A DNA stretch of 64,000 bases from the NCBI GenBank assembly GCA_051453625.1, contig JBOZIK010000001.1, forward strand, positions 1,799,092 to 1,863,091, in the 5' to 3' direction. The stretch comes from Welwitschia mirabilis (Eukaryota). The number at the start of each line of letters is the position of its first letter. Within the stretch, counting starts at the first letter, position 1. The position numbers and the translations under genes were made by a program. The notes under the pieces are model-generated. The model was not told where the DNA came from, ran no database searches, and worked only from the letters and a program-made list of their open reading frames with translations. This document shows positions 41,019 to 54,300 of this stretch, one piece after another.

Positions 41019-42357
41019 TTATGCTTCCATTAAGAGATGCATAGGTCTTACAAATTAATCCATATATAAGGTTATCCAGTAGGTTCAAAATTTTACTTTA
41101 TTTATAAATAAGGAGGTTTTTAAATTCAATTAATTGTTATTAACCTAGGAAAATATGATATTGTATTAAGTATGAATTGGTTAATGCAGAGTAAGATAGT
41201 TAGCAATTATGAGAATTATTAAGTAAAGATGACAAACAATGGTCAAAGATTAATATTTCATAACTAGTTCAAAATAGTTATGATAATTTAATTAAAGGTA
41301 AGCATATAGAGAGGTAAATTAAGAAGGGCTCATTAGTTTATATGATTTATCTAAAATTAGATAGCTTAAAACAAAAAGAAACTTTAGTACAGAGCAAAGA
41401 AATAATTTAAAAATACCTTAGATGTATCTACAACAAAGTTAACTAGAATACCATCTCTTTGAAAAGTTAAGCTTTTTATTGATTTGATCCCATACACTTA
41501 ACCAATTTCTAAGGAATCATATAGAATGTTTCCTACATAATGGAAAGAATTCAAAATTTAACTTGAAGAAATTTTAAGTAAAGGTTATATTTCTCCTAAC
41601 ATAACATAATGGAAAGTATTATTTGTAAAGAAAAATAATGGAAAACTTAGATTATGCATTAACTGGAAATTGTTAAATAAAGTTATAAATAAGAATAAGT
41701 ACTTACTACTAAGAAGAGATGATTTTTTTAATCCATTCAAGAAAGATAAGGTATTTTCAAAAGTTCATTTAAAATATAGATACCATAAACTTTGAATTAA
41801 TGGAGAACATATTCATAAAATAGCTTTTAAAGCCTACTATGAATATTATAAGTTTATTATCATGCCTTTTTGTTTAACTAATGTCTTTATAGTATTCATG
41901 AGTCTTAGAAAACACATAATCCAAGAGAATATTTAATTTTTGCTATTGTGTTTATTGATGACATTCTTATTTATTCTAAATCTTATGAAGAACATGAAAA
42001 ATACTAGACAATAGTGTTGCAAATTATAACAAATCACTAATTATATGATAACATGAAAATTATTCCTTTTAGAAGGAATCCATCCAATTTTTAGATCATG
42101 TGCTATTTAAAAAGTCTTTTAATAAGTTCTTTAATAAAATAGAGACTTCGAATGGATAGAAAAAAGTTTGAAATATTTTAATTGTCTTAAAGAGTGTTTG
42201 ACTAATTCTCTAATGTTAGTAATGATAGATGATTTTAAGACTTTTTAGTTTACATTGATGCATCAGGAGAATTTTTTAGATCTATTCTTGATTAGGATAA
42301 AAAAGTAATAGCTTATAAGTTAACAAAACTTCATATGTATAAGAGAAAATACCCTAT
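41019..42357 (+). pseudogene. Tekay-like host gag end/pol remnant (copy 1): RT and start of RNaseH
   Basis: VLFVKKNNGKLRLCIN (~41620), IMPFCLTN, VFIDDILIYSKSYEEHE (~41950), VYIDASG (~42250), ending at ...KRKYP. Confidence 0.85.
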
Positions 42358-45300
42358 TATTATAATGACAAATTGTATATTTTTGATGGGGTATTTTAAG
42401 TATTTTTGTAGGACATTTAGATAGGTTTAAGTAGAAATAAATAATTATTGAGATTCAAGGAGATAATCATAGAAATGAATCATTACTAGTACCTTTAGAG
42501 GCATTTTGAATAAATTCTAATACTTAGTACTTTGAGAAGGAATTAATGATTTACAAAGCCAAATTTACTTAGATAAAGAGCTTAAGAGTATATCATCCCC
42601 TTCATCATCTAGCTAATAGATTAGATGATAGCATGCTAAAAGTTAATAATGATGTTGAATAGATTGATTTGGAAGCTGATGTTGGATTCTTTCTATGATA
42701 TCGTCCCCTTTTTCATCTGGACAACAGTTAAGATGACACCTATAGTGAACACACCAAACTTCCCCTAACTTTAGTAATGTATCAAATGTGCCATCTTCTG
42801 GTAATACTAGGGTTTTATCTAGTTATTACATTTTATGTTCTTAGGATGTTTGTTAAAATAAATATCTCCTTATTCCTTGATTCAACTTTTATTTTCTTGG
42901 GTTATTGAATATCTTGTGAGAAAAGATCAAAGGGTAGGAGGTTCATCCATTATTGTAAAAATAAGTTTTCCTTGGTATTAGATTGTTATCCTCCATTGAG
43001 GTGCTACTTCTTTATAATAGGATGTTGCTTCAACATTAATGAAAAGTTTATTTTAGTTTTATTATGTGCATCTACCCTATATTTTATGTTGGTTATGATT
43101 TAGTGATAGCTTCATAATTGATATAGATCATGAGGGAAATCTTTTTTAAGGTTGAAATCATTATTTTAGATTTTACATTGCATTGCATAGTATAATACTT
43201 GCATATTTTCTATATTCTATGTGACATACCTAATAACTTAGGTTGACTAGGATTAGTAATAGTTTTCCTAATTAGTTTAGATTATATAAGGCCAATCTTT
43301 ATGATAGGAAGATTTGGTAGTTAAATAGATATTTCATTTAGGATAGTTTTCATTTTCATTTCATTACATTAGTATGTTTATCTTACATTGTTTTCTTGTA
43401 TTGTTTCTTATTTTCATTCTTATAAACATAAAAATACAAAAATACTTTACTTAAAAAAGTTTCTATAACTTCAAATCTAGTTCATTTAATGAATATGAAA
43501 TTTGGCTTAACTCTCATCTATACTAGTATACATCTTATGAAAATATTTGTAATTGATAATATTTTCTTAAGGAGTTAATGATTACGTAAATATGCATTAT
43601 AACATTTTGGCACCATTGCCAAAGAAGACCCAAAGAAGCTAGAGGATTATTATTATCTAGATAAGTAATTTGAATTATTTATTTTTAGTAGTATTTCTTT
43701 TTTATTATATAGACTATAGTATTTCCTTTTACATTTTTCAATTTTCATTCCATAATAAAGTCCCTATCATCCTCTTTGTGATTTAGATGACACAGGTAGA
43801 TGATGGACTAGGATTAGGGTTTTCTTTCTATTTTTCCATAGGTTTGTTTTTGTTTTCTACTATATAAAAGATTGATATCATCTCCTCTATCATTCAGATG
43901 ACATAGGCAAATGACTATTAGTGTTATTTCTATTCTTTTTTTTGGCAAATTTATTTTTTATATTTCTATTTTTATTTTTTAGTGGTCGTTTAGGATATCA
44001 TCTAGGTTATGATAAAAATGATGATTGTGTAAGTAGGAACATGATAAAATCTAGTGAAAAGCTAAAATATCATAGGAAATAAAGCTTGATCAAGGAAAAT
44101 AGTAGAGAAGACTTACTCAACTACAAACAAAACTTAGGTACACATACCCTAGTAAGTAAATTTCAAAAACTAAAGAAATTTTTTCTTCTTTTCTTATTTT
44201 ATAATGAAATCTTTTAAAATAATTATGAAAATAATATAATAGAAGAAAAATTATTTATCTCTTCTTCATCAATGTCAAAATTTAATAAGTAGCATTTCTT
44301 AGTATACCAATCATGACAAGAATATATAATTCAAATGAAAACATTATAGTTGCAGAGTTAACTACTAAAAGGAAATGAGAAATCTAAAATTCTTTTTACT
44401 TAACTCCTAGTAATGATATAGAATATAAAACTATGAAATTTTTTGGTTCATATTTCTCATCTAAATCTACAAATAATGATAACAATACTATTGGAGAAAT
44501 ATTGGCTGATTAGAGAAGAAAATTAATAATTTCTAAGGATAATGATAAGAGACTACTTTAAGAAATATAGCAAAAAGAAGAAGAAATGTAAATATTTTAG
44601 AGGATAAGAGAAAAAGAACAATTCAAGAAATCTTTCTAGAAAGAATATGGATAACATTGAATGATCTTAAGACTAGGAATTGGGCCCCTTTCTATTTTCA
44701 ACCTTCTTATTTTTCCTTCCCTCTTTTTAAGCTTTATGTAAAAATGACAATAAAGATTTTCAACATTTTAGGGATTCCATCTTGTTTAGATCCTACAAAT
44801 ATTTTAGTAAATTCCATCATCTCCCATGAATTACTATGAAGAAAGAAAGTACTATGCTTAATAAGTTCTTGATAAAATGAAAAAGAAGAAAGTAGATACC
44901 TACAAAGATTTAAAAAATTAAAATAAGAACATAGAAAATCTAATTAAGATGATTTAACAAAATTTATTACAAAATTATTACAATACAACAAACCTATCCT
45001 ACTCTTTCCACTACGTACCACCTTGAGAAAAATAAAGAGAACTTAGAAACAAGTAGTAACAATTCTTGATTTAATATAGAAAATGAAATTATGGATTAAT
45101 ATACAACATCTTACTCATTAGAATATGGACAAAAGGTTGATAATGATGATTCAAGGATTATTTATTAGATGATGACATTGAGATACTAGATTATGTCCTT
45201 GACATCCATTTACTAATAGGAAATCCAAATGAAAAGAAAGAATCATCTCATGAAGAATATAAAAATTTTTTAATTCATGAAGAAAATAATGATCACATAT

Positions 45301-45637
45301 TTCTTTCTAATCTTTTTGGGTGAATCTAATAATTTGGAGAATAATGACATACAAAAACGTGGTGAAGAAAAGGAGTATAAGAAAAATAATGATGAGCAAA
45401 TTTATCTTTATTATATTTTTGATGAATCTAATAACTTAGAAAATGACAACAATATTAAAAAAACAATAATAGTATAATGAAGAAAAGGAAGATATAATTA
45501 AAGATAATTAGGAATAAGATGAAGGAATCATTTAATAAAGTAATGATGAATACAACAATGAGGAGGAGAGAAATAATGAAAAACCCATCGAAAATCAACC
45601 AAACTTAATGGAGAATAAAGCTATTCTTTTTAATGTA
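42358..45637 (+). mobile_element. Truncated LTR element (TGTTGTG family): 5' LTR 42358-43604, Asp-type PBS, low-complexity internal region, no 3' LTR
   Basis: LTR TATTATAATG...ATAACA is homologous to 62331-63567 and 5600-7102. PBS TGGCACCATTGCC starts at 43608. The right end is an abrupt junction into Athila integrase. Confidence 0.75.
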
Positions 45638-48307
45638 ACAATCTAAATCATGTGAGAATATTTTCATTTAAGAATTTTATTACTATTTGAGCATCATTTG
45701 ATTGATAATCACATGACTCAACCCATTTTGTTACGTAGTCCACTTAGAAAAGAATGTACGAATACCTATTTGAAGACAAAGAAGGGCCTTAAAAATTAAT
45801 TTCCCAAATATCAAAGGGTTCAGCTATGAGAATGGGATTTAAGGGCATCATTTGTCTTCATGAAATAATTCTTAATTTTTGGCAATTATCACAATAATTA
45901 TAGTAAAAATAGGAGCCTTTGAAAATGAAAGACTAATAGAAATCGAAATGAAGGACTTCTGCAGCTATTTCATTGGCTAAGTAATGGTCCCCTCAATCTT
46001 CAAAGTGGTAATTCTTGAGAATGTTTTCAATTTTAGTTTGAGAGATGATCTAGATAATGTTTGAAAAGGTAAGGGCTATCCCAAAAGAGATATTTGACCT
46101 GATCTAAGAACCTATTTTTATCATTAGGAGTCCAATAAGAAGAAATAATTTTGGATAGTTGGCAATATCCATAAACTAAGGTGCTTCCTTAACTAAAAAG
46201 AGATATTCATTTAGGAAGGTGTCATTAATGAGAAGGGATGTTTATATATTATCTTGAGTTAATCGTGAAATATGATCCATAATTAATTATCAAAATTATT
46301 TTTATTTTTAATCTCTAAGTTAAATTCTTATAGAAGAAGGATTCATCTGATCAGTCTTTGTTTTAAATCCTTTTTGACAAAGACATATCTCAGAGCTGAG
46401 TGATCAATATAAATAATTACCCTATATTCTAAAAAGTACTACCTAAATTTCTCTAAAGAAAAGACTATAGCTAGTAGCTCTTTCTCTATAATAATGTAGA
46501 TAAACTAAGTATCATTCAAAGTCTTATTGACATAATAAATTACCTTTGATTTTTTATCTATCCTTTCTCCTAAAATAGCCCTTACCAGATAGTCATTGAC
46601 ATCATACATAAGATTAAAAGATAACTTAAAATTCAGTGGTTGAATGATTAGGGTAAAATTTAAATTTTCCTTGAGTTATTTAAAGGGTTGTTAAAATTCA
46701 GGGATCTAGCTAAAGGTGATGTTTTTGCTTAAAAAATTATACATTCTTGAAATCATTCATAAATATTCTATAATATCTTTCATGTTATAAGAAAGATCTA
46801 ATATTGTTTTATTTTTAAGGGTTTAATAGGTGTGTGATTAAAGAAATCTTTATAGGATCTACATAGATTCCTTCTTTAGAAATGACATGTTCTAAACTAT
46901 GCCTTGATTAACCATAAAATGTCATTTTTTCCAGATGAGCTCAAGAATTTTTTCATTAACATCACTTAAGACATGTTTTAAGTTATAAAAACTATGATTA
47001 AAATAGGCTTAATAGTTTTAAGATATAATTTTCCAAGTTGATGTCAAAATGTGTTAGATTCTTTATAGAAAATATTAATGTTTATAATTCAAAAGCTAAA
47101 ATCTTTTATCACAAACCTTACCTAAACCTGATAAGTTTTAAACCATTAAAGGAGTTAACTAGATTTCTAAGGATTGATCAAACCCAAACCAAGAAGTGTA
47201 AAATAGATTACTAAGGGGTTGACCATATTCCTAAGAGGTCGACCAGACCTATACCAAAAGTTTTATCACTTCTGATCATCAAGGAATCAACTGAATTCCA
47301 TAGAGTTTAATCAAACCTAGAGTAAAATGTTTTTATCTTTTCTAATTAAGGGGCTAACAAGATTTCTAAGGGGTCGACTATACTTGGGTTATAAATATTA
47401 TTTTTCACTTTTCTAGATATGGGATCAACTAGACTAAAATGTGGTAGATTATACATGCGATTAATTGGATCTTGATGGAATGACAGAACATGGAGCCATA
47501 AGAAACTTGGATCGATCAAAAGAAGATGAGGGTAATCAAATTTAGTAATGGCACTTGATGGGATCAATTAGACATTTTAAGGAGTTGACTAATCATGATG
47601 AAAATGAGATTTCTCAATCATTGGCCTCTCATTTTTATTTATTAGAGAATCTATTTCACTTATAAAATTCTAAAATGTTTCTCTTATATATTTTTCAGCC
47701 ATTGAAAACACTGTAGAACTTTTGGCACATCTCTATTTGACCAAAGATGTACAGATATCTTTTATGATCATTAGTACTTGATCAATTAGTTTGCACTGTA
47801 TGTATGTGGATTTTGATATCATTTTAAGCAGTGTAGTACCATTATTCTTGTACTTTAGATCTAGTGGAACCTATGCATTATGGCATATTATTATTACCAA
47901 ATAGTATTTTCTTTAAAGGTTGAAATTGAGCCTCTAAAAAGTATAATTATAAAAGGTTATAGATGAATCTAGAATATTTATAAAGTATTAATAGAAATTT
48001 GTATTAGACTTGGATAGAAGTTGATTGCTGAGAATGGAGTAGTGATTTTTTTGAACCACTATAAATCACGTGTCTATCTTCATTAGTATTTTGTGCTTTT
48101 AATTATCTTTATTTTGGATTGAATTTTTTTATTTAATATGTACAAATATCTTTTAGTTTTCAATACTTGAAAATATGGCTTTTGAGATTATTTAAAATTT
48201 TTAATCCTATTTATCCCTCCCTCTAGGGTTCTATATTCTTCATTTGATATTAGAGCTAGGTAGAGTCATTGGTAGATCCTACTAGATCTAGATTCATAAC
48301 CCTAAAT

Positions 48308-51300
48308 ATGAGTAATCCTTCAAATGGCTTTTCTACTAGAAGACCACCCATGTTTGATGGAAGAAAATATGCCTATTAGAAGACCCGTATGAGAATCTTT
48401 ACTAGACCTTTGGATGTAAACATAGAAGAGGTAATATACAATGGATACATCATGCCTACTCTATACAAGAGTAATATTAATGAAAATACCATAGTGGTAG
48501 AAAAGTATCGATATTCATGGACCCCTATGAACAAAGCTAAGGCTATCCTAGATGACTGTGCCCTTAACACTATTTTTTATGCAGTATGTATAGATGAGAG
48601 TTCAAAAGGATCATGAACTATGAACACACTAAAAAATCTTGGAATATTATTAAAATAGCACATGAAGGAACATCTACTATTAAGAAAATAAAGCTATAGA
48701 TGCTTATTTCCAAGTTTGAAGACATTCGCATAAATGAAGAGGAGACTCAACAAGAGTTCTTTTCTAGACTGATAGACATTATTCTATGGCAAATCTAGAT
48801 AAGAGAATGAATGAAGAAAAGGTTGTTTAAAAAGTTTTAAGAATTCTCTCAAAACACTTAGAGCCAAAGATCATAGCCATCAAAGAAAGCAAGAACATCA
48901 ATCAAATGGCACTTAAGAAACTTTAAGGTAATCTTCAAACTTATGAGCTAAAATTTACTATAGATTAAAAAAAATTATTACTTTGATAAGTGTGTAAGAA
49001 AAATATAGATCTAAAAAATCAAATGAAAACTTTGGTGAAGATGAAGTTTCTCTTTTAGCAAGGAGATTTAAAAAGTCCTTGCATAAAAGAAGGAAAGAAG
49101 GTAAATCAAGCAGAGGATCAAAAAGGGGTCATTTCAAATTTAAAAGAGATTAAGAAAGAGGAAAGGAGATCTAATGCTATGCTTATAAGGAATATGGACA
49201 TGTTGCAAATGAATGTCCAAACAATAGAAGATGTTAGAGAAAATTAAAAACATCATCCTTCATTGCCAGATGGATTAATGCAGATGAAGAAGATGATAAT
49301 AGCTCAAGCTAGGATTTAGATGAAGACTGAAGAATTTCTTTCATGGCAATGGTTCCTTCCAGAAAGAACATGCCTTATTATTAGAACCAGATGATCTAGA
49401 TCTTATTGAAAAAGATCAAAATAAGCTTGAAAACATCTACTAAGAGCTTTACTCAAAATGTGAAAAATTGACAAAGTGAATCAATGATCTAAATAAGATA
49501 GTAAAGGTTCTAACTAAAGAAAAGAAAGAGTTGAAGAGAAAGTATAGAATGGTTTTAATTAAAGACTTTGAAATTATTTAAGAGATAAAAAGCTTGTCTC
49601 ATGTTGTAAATAAAGTTTCAAATAGTTTAACTAAACTAGAATAGATGGCTGAGATACGAAAACTGGGTCATAACAAGAAAGGTATTCTATTTGTATCTCA
49701 AAGACCATGAAATTAGCTAAATCAAGTAATATGGCAAAACGATTATGTATCAAAAATTACATGTCATTTTTGTGATAAGTTTGAACATTTTTAATTATTT
49801 TGAAATTCTAGAAAGTTAATTCTCTTTTTAAATTGTGTTAGTACTTTTCCTTTTAAATTTGTCCTAAGGGGATGTATAATACAATAGTCCAAAAGAACTA
49901 AGTGGATAAGAGCTGATAACTTAAAAGGCCTTTTAATCCAAATAGCTTTTAAGGTATCAAATGAAACTAGCTAGTACTTAAATAGTGATTGCTCTTGATA
50001 TAGGACAAGTAACAAATCGAGGCTCTAACAATTGAATGACTTCGATGAAGGATAAGTTACATTTTATGACAATGGAAGATCAAAGATTAAAGGAATTGAA
50101 AGCATTGGTGGAGGTAACATGTCTAAGATAAATGANNNNNNNNNNNNNNNNNNNNNNNNNNNNNNNNNNNNNNNNNNNNNNNNNNNNNNNNNNNNNNNNN
50201 NNNNNNNNNNNNNNNNNNNNNNNNNNNNNNNNNNNNNNNNNNNNNNNNNNNNNNNNNNNNNNNNNNNNNNNNNNNNNNNNNNNNNNNNNNNNNNNNNNNN
50301 NNNNNNNNNNNNNNNNNNNNNNNNNNNNNNNNNNNNNNNNNNNNNNNNNNNNNNNNNNNNNNNNNNNNNNNNNNNNNNNNNNNNNNNNNNNNNNNNNNNN
50401 NNNNNNNNNNNNNNNNNNNNNNNNNNNNNNNNNNNNNNNNNNNNNNNNNNNNNNNNNNNNNNNNNNNNNNNNNNNNNNNNNNNNNNNNNNNNNNNNNNNN
50501 NNNNNNNNNNNNNNNNNNNNNNNNNNNNNNNNNNNNNNNNNNNNNNNNNNNNNNNNNNNNNNNNNNNNNNNNNNNNNNNNNNNNNNNNNNNNNNNNNNNN
50601 NNNNNNNNNNNNNNNNNNNNNNNNNNNNNNNNNNNNNNNNNNNNNNNNNNNNNNNNNNNNNNNNNNNNNNNNNNNNNNNNNNNNNNNNNNNNNNNNNNNN
50701 NNNNNNNNNNNNNNNNNNNNNNNNNNNNNNNNNNNNNNNNNNNNNNNNNNNNNNNNNNNNNNNNNNNNNNNNNNNNNNNNNNNNNNNNNNNNNNNNNNNN
50801 NNNNNNNNNNNNNNNNNNNNNNNNNNNNNNNNNNNNNNNNNNNNNNNNNNNNNNNNNNNNNNNNNNNNNNNNNNNNNNNNNNNNNNNNNNNNNNNNNNNN
50901 NNNNNNNNNNNNNNNNNNNNNNNNNNNNNNNNNNNNNNNNNNNNNNNNNNNNNNNNNNNNNNNNNNNNNNNNNNNNNNNNNNNNNNNNNNNNNNNNNNNN
51001 NNNNNNNNNNNNNNNNNNNNNNNNNNNNNNNNNNNNNNNNNNNNNNNNNNNNNNNNNNNNNNNNNNNNNNNNNNNNNNNNNNNNNNNNNNNNNNNNNNNN
51101 NNNNNTGGAAGAATCTATAAATGTTCAAATAGATGATTTAAGAACTAGATTTCTTCCTTCAAATGGTGAAGAAAACTTAACTCCAAGAACTTTCATAATA
51201 AAATAAGTATTAATAAAAAAGAAAGAAGAGCTAACTCAAGAAGTTGTTTTCAAAAAATCTAAAGAGCTAAAAGATAACCCTTTAGGATTCATCATTGGAG

Positions 51301-52866
51301 ATGTTAGCTTAAATATTTGAATAAGGAATTCTCTTAAAGATTTCTATGCTCATATTTATTATGTTTCTAAAATTAAACCTAGAAAGTTTGAAGAGGCTGA
51401 ATATCATAAAGAATGAATGATCGCTATGCAAGATGAGCTTCAACAATTCAAAAGAAATGATGTGTGAAAACTTGTTAAAAGACCAAAAATCCAAAATGTT
51501 ATTAGAAAAAAATGGATTTTTAAGAAAAATTATGATGAATAAAATAATTTAATTAAGAATAAATCAAGATTAGTAGCGCAAGGATACAACCAAATTGAAG
51601 GAATAGATGTAGGTAATACTTTTGCTCCAATAGCTAAGATATATAATATTAGAATGTTTTTAGTATTTAAGAACATTAAATTTTATTAAATGGATGTGAA
51701 AAGTACCTTTCTGAATGGAACTCTTAAGAAATAAGTTTATGTAGAATAACCTCAAGGGTTTATTAATTCATACAAACTAAACCATATGTATAGATCCAAA
51801 AAGGCCTTATATGGATCAAAATAAGCTCCAAAGGCATGGTATAAAAAGCTAGTTACATTTTTAAATGAAAATGGTTATACTCATGGAATCATGGAAAACA
51901 TCTTGTTTGTCAAAAATCTAAAAAAGGACTTTATTATTATTTAAATATATGTATATGACATAATTTTTAGAGCTTCAAACAAAGTTCTCTCAAAAGAATT
52001 CGCTATGCTTGGTGAAGTTCGAATGTTTCTTGGTTTTTAAATCAAACAAATATAACATGAAATATCTATATCTCAATCTAAATATACAAGGGATTTGATC
52101 AAATGACTTGGATTAGACAATGCAAAATCAACTAAAACACCTATGTAAACTTCTTATAAGGTTAGTTTTAATGAACATAGAAAATTTATAGACCAAAAAC
52201 TTTATAGAAGTATGATAGAAAGTCTATTATATCTAATCGCTAGTAGACCTAATATAATATCTAGTGTTACCATGTGTGATATATATTAAACTCAACTAAA
52301 AGAATCACACCTTTAAGTAGTCAAAAGAATCATAAGATACATAAAAGGCACAAGTGAACATGAATTATAGTATCTTATAGAAACATCTTTTAAACTTATA
52401 GGCTTTAGTAATGTAAATTAGGCTAGGTGTAAAGATGATAGGAAAAGTACTAGTGGTAATTGCTTTCTTTTAGGATCATGCTTAGTAGAATGGACAAGTA
52501 AAAATTAAAACTCTATCTTCCTTTCCTACAATAGAAGTAGAATATATATCTATAAGAAGTTGTTGCATCCATCTCCTTTGGATGAAAAAATGCTAAAAGA
52601 CTTTGGAGTATATTTTCAATGGGTTCCAATATTTTGTAATAATACAAGTGGAATAAATATTTCAAAGAATACTATCCAACATTTTAGAACTAAACACATT
52701 GAATTAAGACATCATTCCTTATAATTCAAGTAGAAAAGTTAATATTTCAATGAATTTTATTAGTACTAATAAAAAACTTGTTAATATTTTCATAAAACCC
52801 CTAAACTTTGATAACTTTATGAGACTTTGTAGTGAACTAGGGGTTGTTTCTCCATCCTTTAGCTAA
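48308..52866 (+). pseudogene. Degenerate gag-pol of Sirevirus 2 (integrase mostly in an N gap)
   Basis: gag RRPPMFDGRKYAY; RT KSRLVAQGYNQIEGID and MDVKSTFLNG; RH CKDDRKSTSG and RTKHIELRHH. Confidence 0.85.
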
Positions 52867-53249
52867 AGGCAGGCTAGTCGACTAGATCTTACATTTATTC
52901 GATAGGAACTAGTTGGTTGATTGTATTTTTATCTGGTCACTTGATATTTCCCAGATCAACCTGAATATAGTTGGATCAACTGGTCTGAAAACTAAGTTAA
53001 ATAGACCTAAAAGTATTTTGATCCAAGTCTCATTGGGTTGACTAGATCATAACTTGGTTAATTATATCTGTAGAATTATAGTGTGGAAGTTAAGATGATG
53101 GACCCAATTTATTTCTTAAATTTGACTTGATCGCCCTTATTTATAAAATCTTATGGAGTTCTAACCTTTTCCATTCATACCTATCCACCTGTCTCCTTTA
53201 GATCTAGTTGTTTTTCTTAAGTCTCTTTCAGGAAGTGCCATGTGCTTTT

Positions 53250-54300
53250 AATGGTAGAGGGTCACTCAAGCAGACATTAGAAGGAGGCAGCAAGCAAAGA
53301 TGTAGGTCTTTTTACTCTATAATATTTGATAAGGCTCTAGTTAAGTTCATAAAGAAGTTTGAGAAGAAGCCTAACTGCTAGGAAAGGCTTATTGTTCAAG
53401 AGATTTTAGAGAACTAAGAGATGTGGTAATATTACTAAATGAGTTTTATTTGTCTTATTTTCTTGATATCTCAAGATCAGCCTATCCTTTTCTCATTAGA
53501 ATGTTTTATTATAATGCCTCCTTTAATGCTGACTCTTCTACATTAATAACCCTTATTTTGAGAAGAAGGATTAGCATTATTATAGATCTTAATGCCTACC
53601 TTACAAATCTCCCTATAAAAGACTATAAGAAGCTTTGGACCATACATGATTCCATGGAGGATAAAGTAGAGATCATCAAGGAGCTCTGTGGTAAGTTTCA
53701 TTGGTGGAAAACCACCCTCTTCACCTCCTATCTTACCCCAAAGTATTAGTTTTTGCATTTGGTTTTTACTTATAGTTTCTTACCTTTGGGGTGTTATTAT
53801 GATAAGATATCCAATTATAGAGTCTACTTGTTATATTTGGTAGGAACTAAGAATTCTATAGATGTTCTTATCATTATGCTAGAAAATATGGTCTCTCAGT
53901 TGAAGTATCACAAGACTAGGACTCTTCCTTACTTTATATTAATTGCAAACATTTATCATTAATTTAGAGTCTAGTTACACCCAAAGTTAGAAATCTTAAC
54001 TTCTATGTTAGCCATTGGGTATGCAAATTTGTTTTGGATGCATATTTTTGTAGGATCTAAGAAATCTTTCAAGTTTCCTTCTCCTAAGCAAGCATCTTCT
54101 AAAGAGACTCTTTCATACTTGAAGAGGTTGGATTCTCATACCATGCACATGAAAGAGGCTCTAATCATAGTAGAGTATAAGGTAGCTAACACTTTTAAGG
54201 AAACCAGTAGCTCTGCACAGAAGGTAGCTAAATAAGGGAAAGAAAAAGAAGACCCAAATTCTAAAGCAGAATCTGAGGAGGAAGAAGAAGAATCTGATTA
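53250..54300 (+). pseudogene. Degenerate extra ORF of Sirevirus 2
   Basis: In-frame fragments 53423-53749, 53753-53962 and 54005-54235 are separated by stops; acidic C-terminus. Confidence 0.75.
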
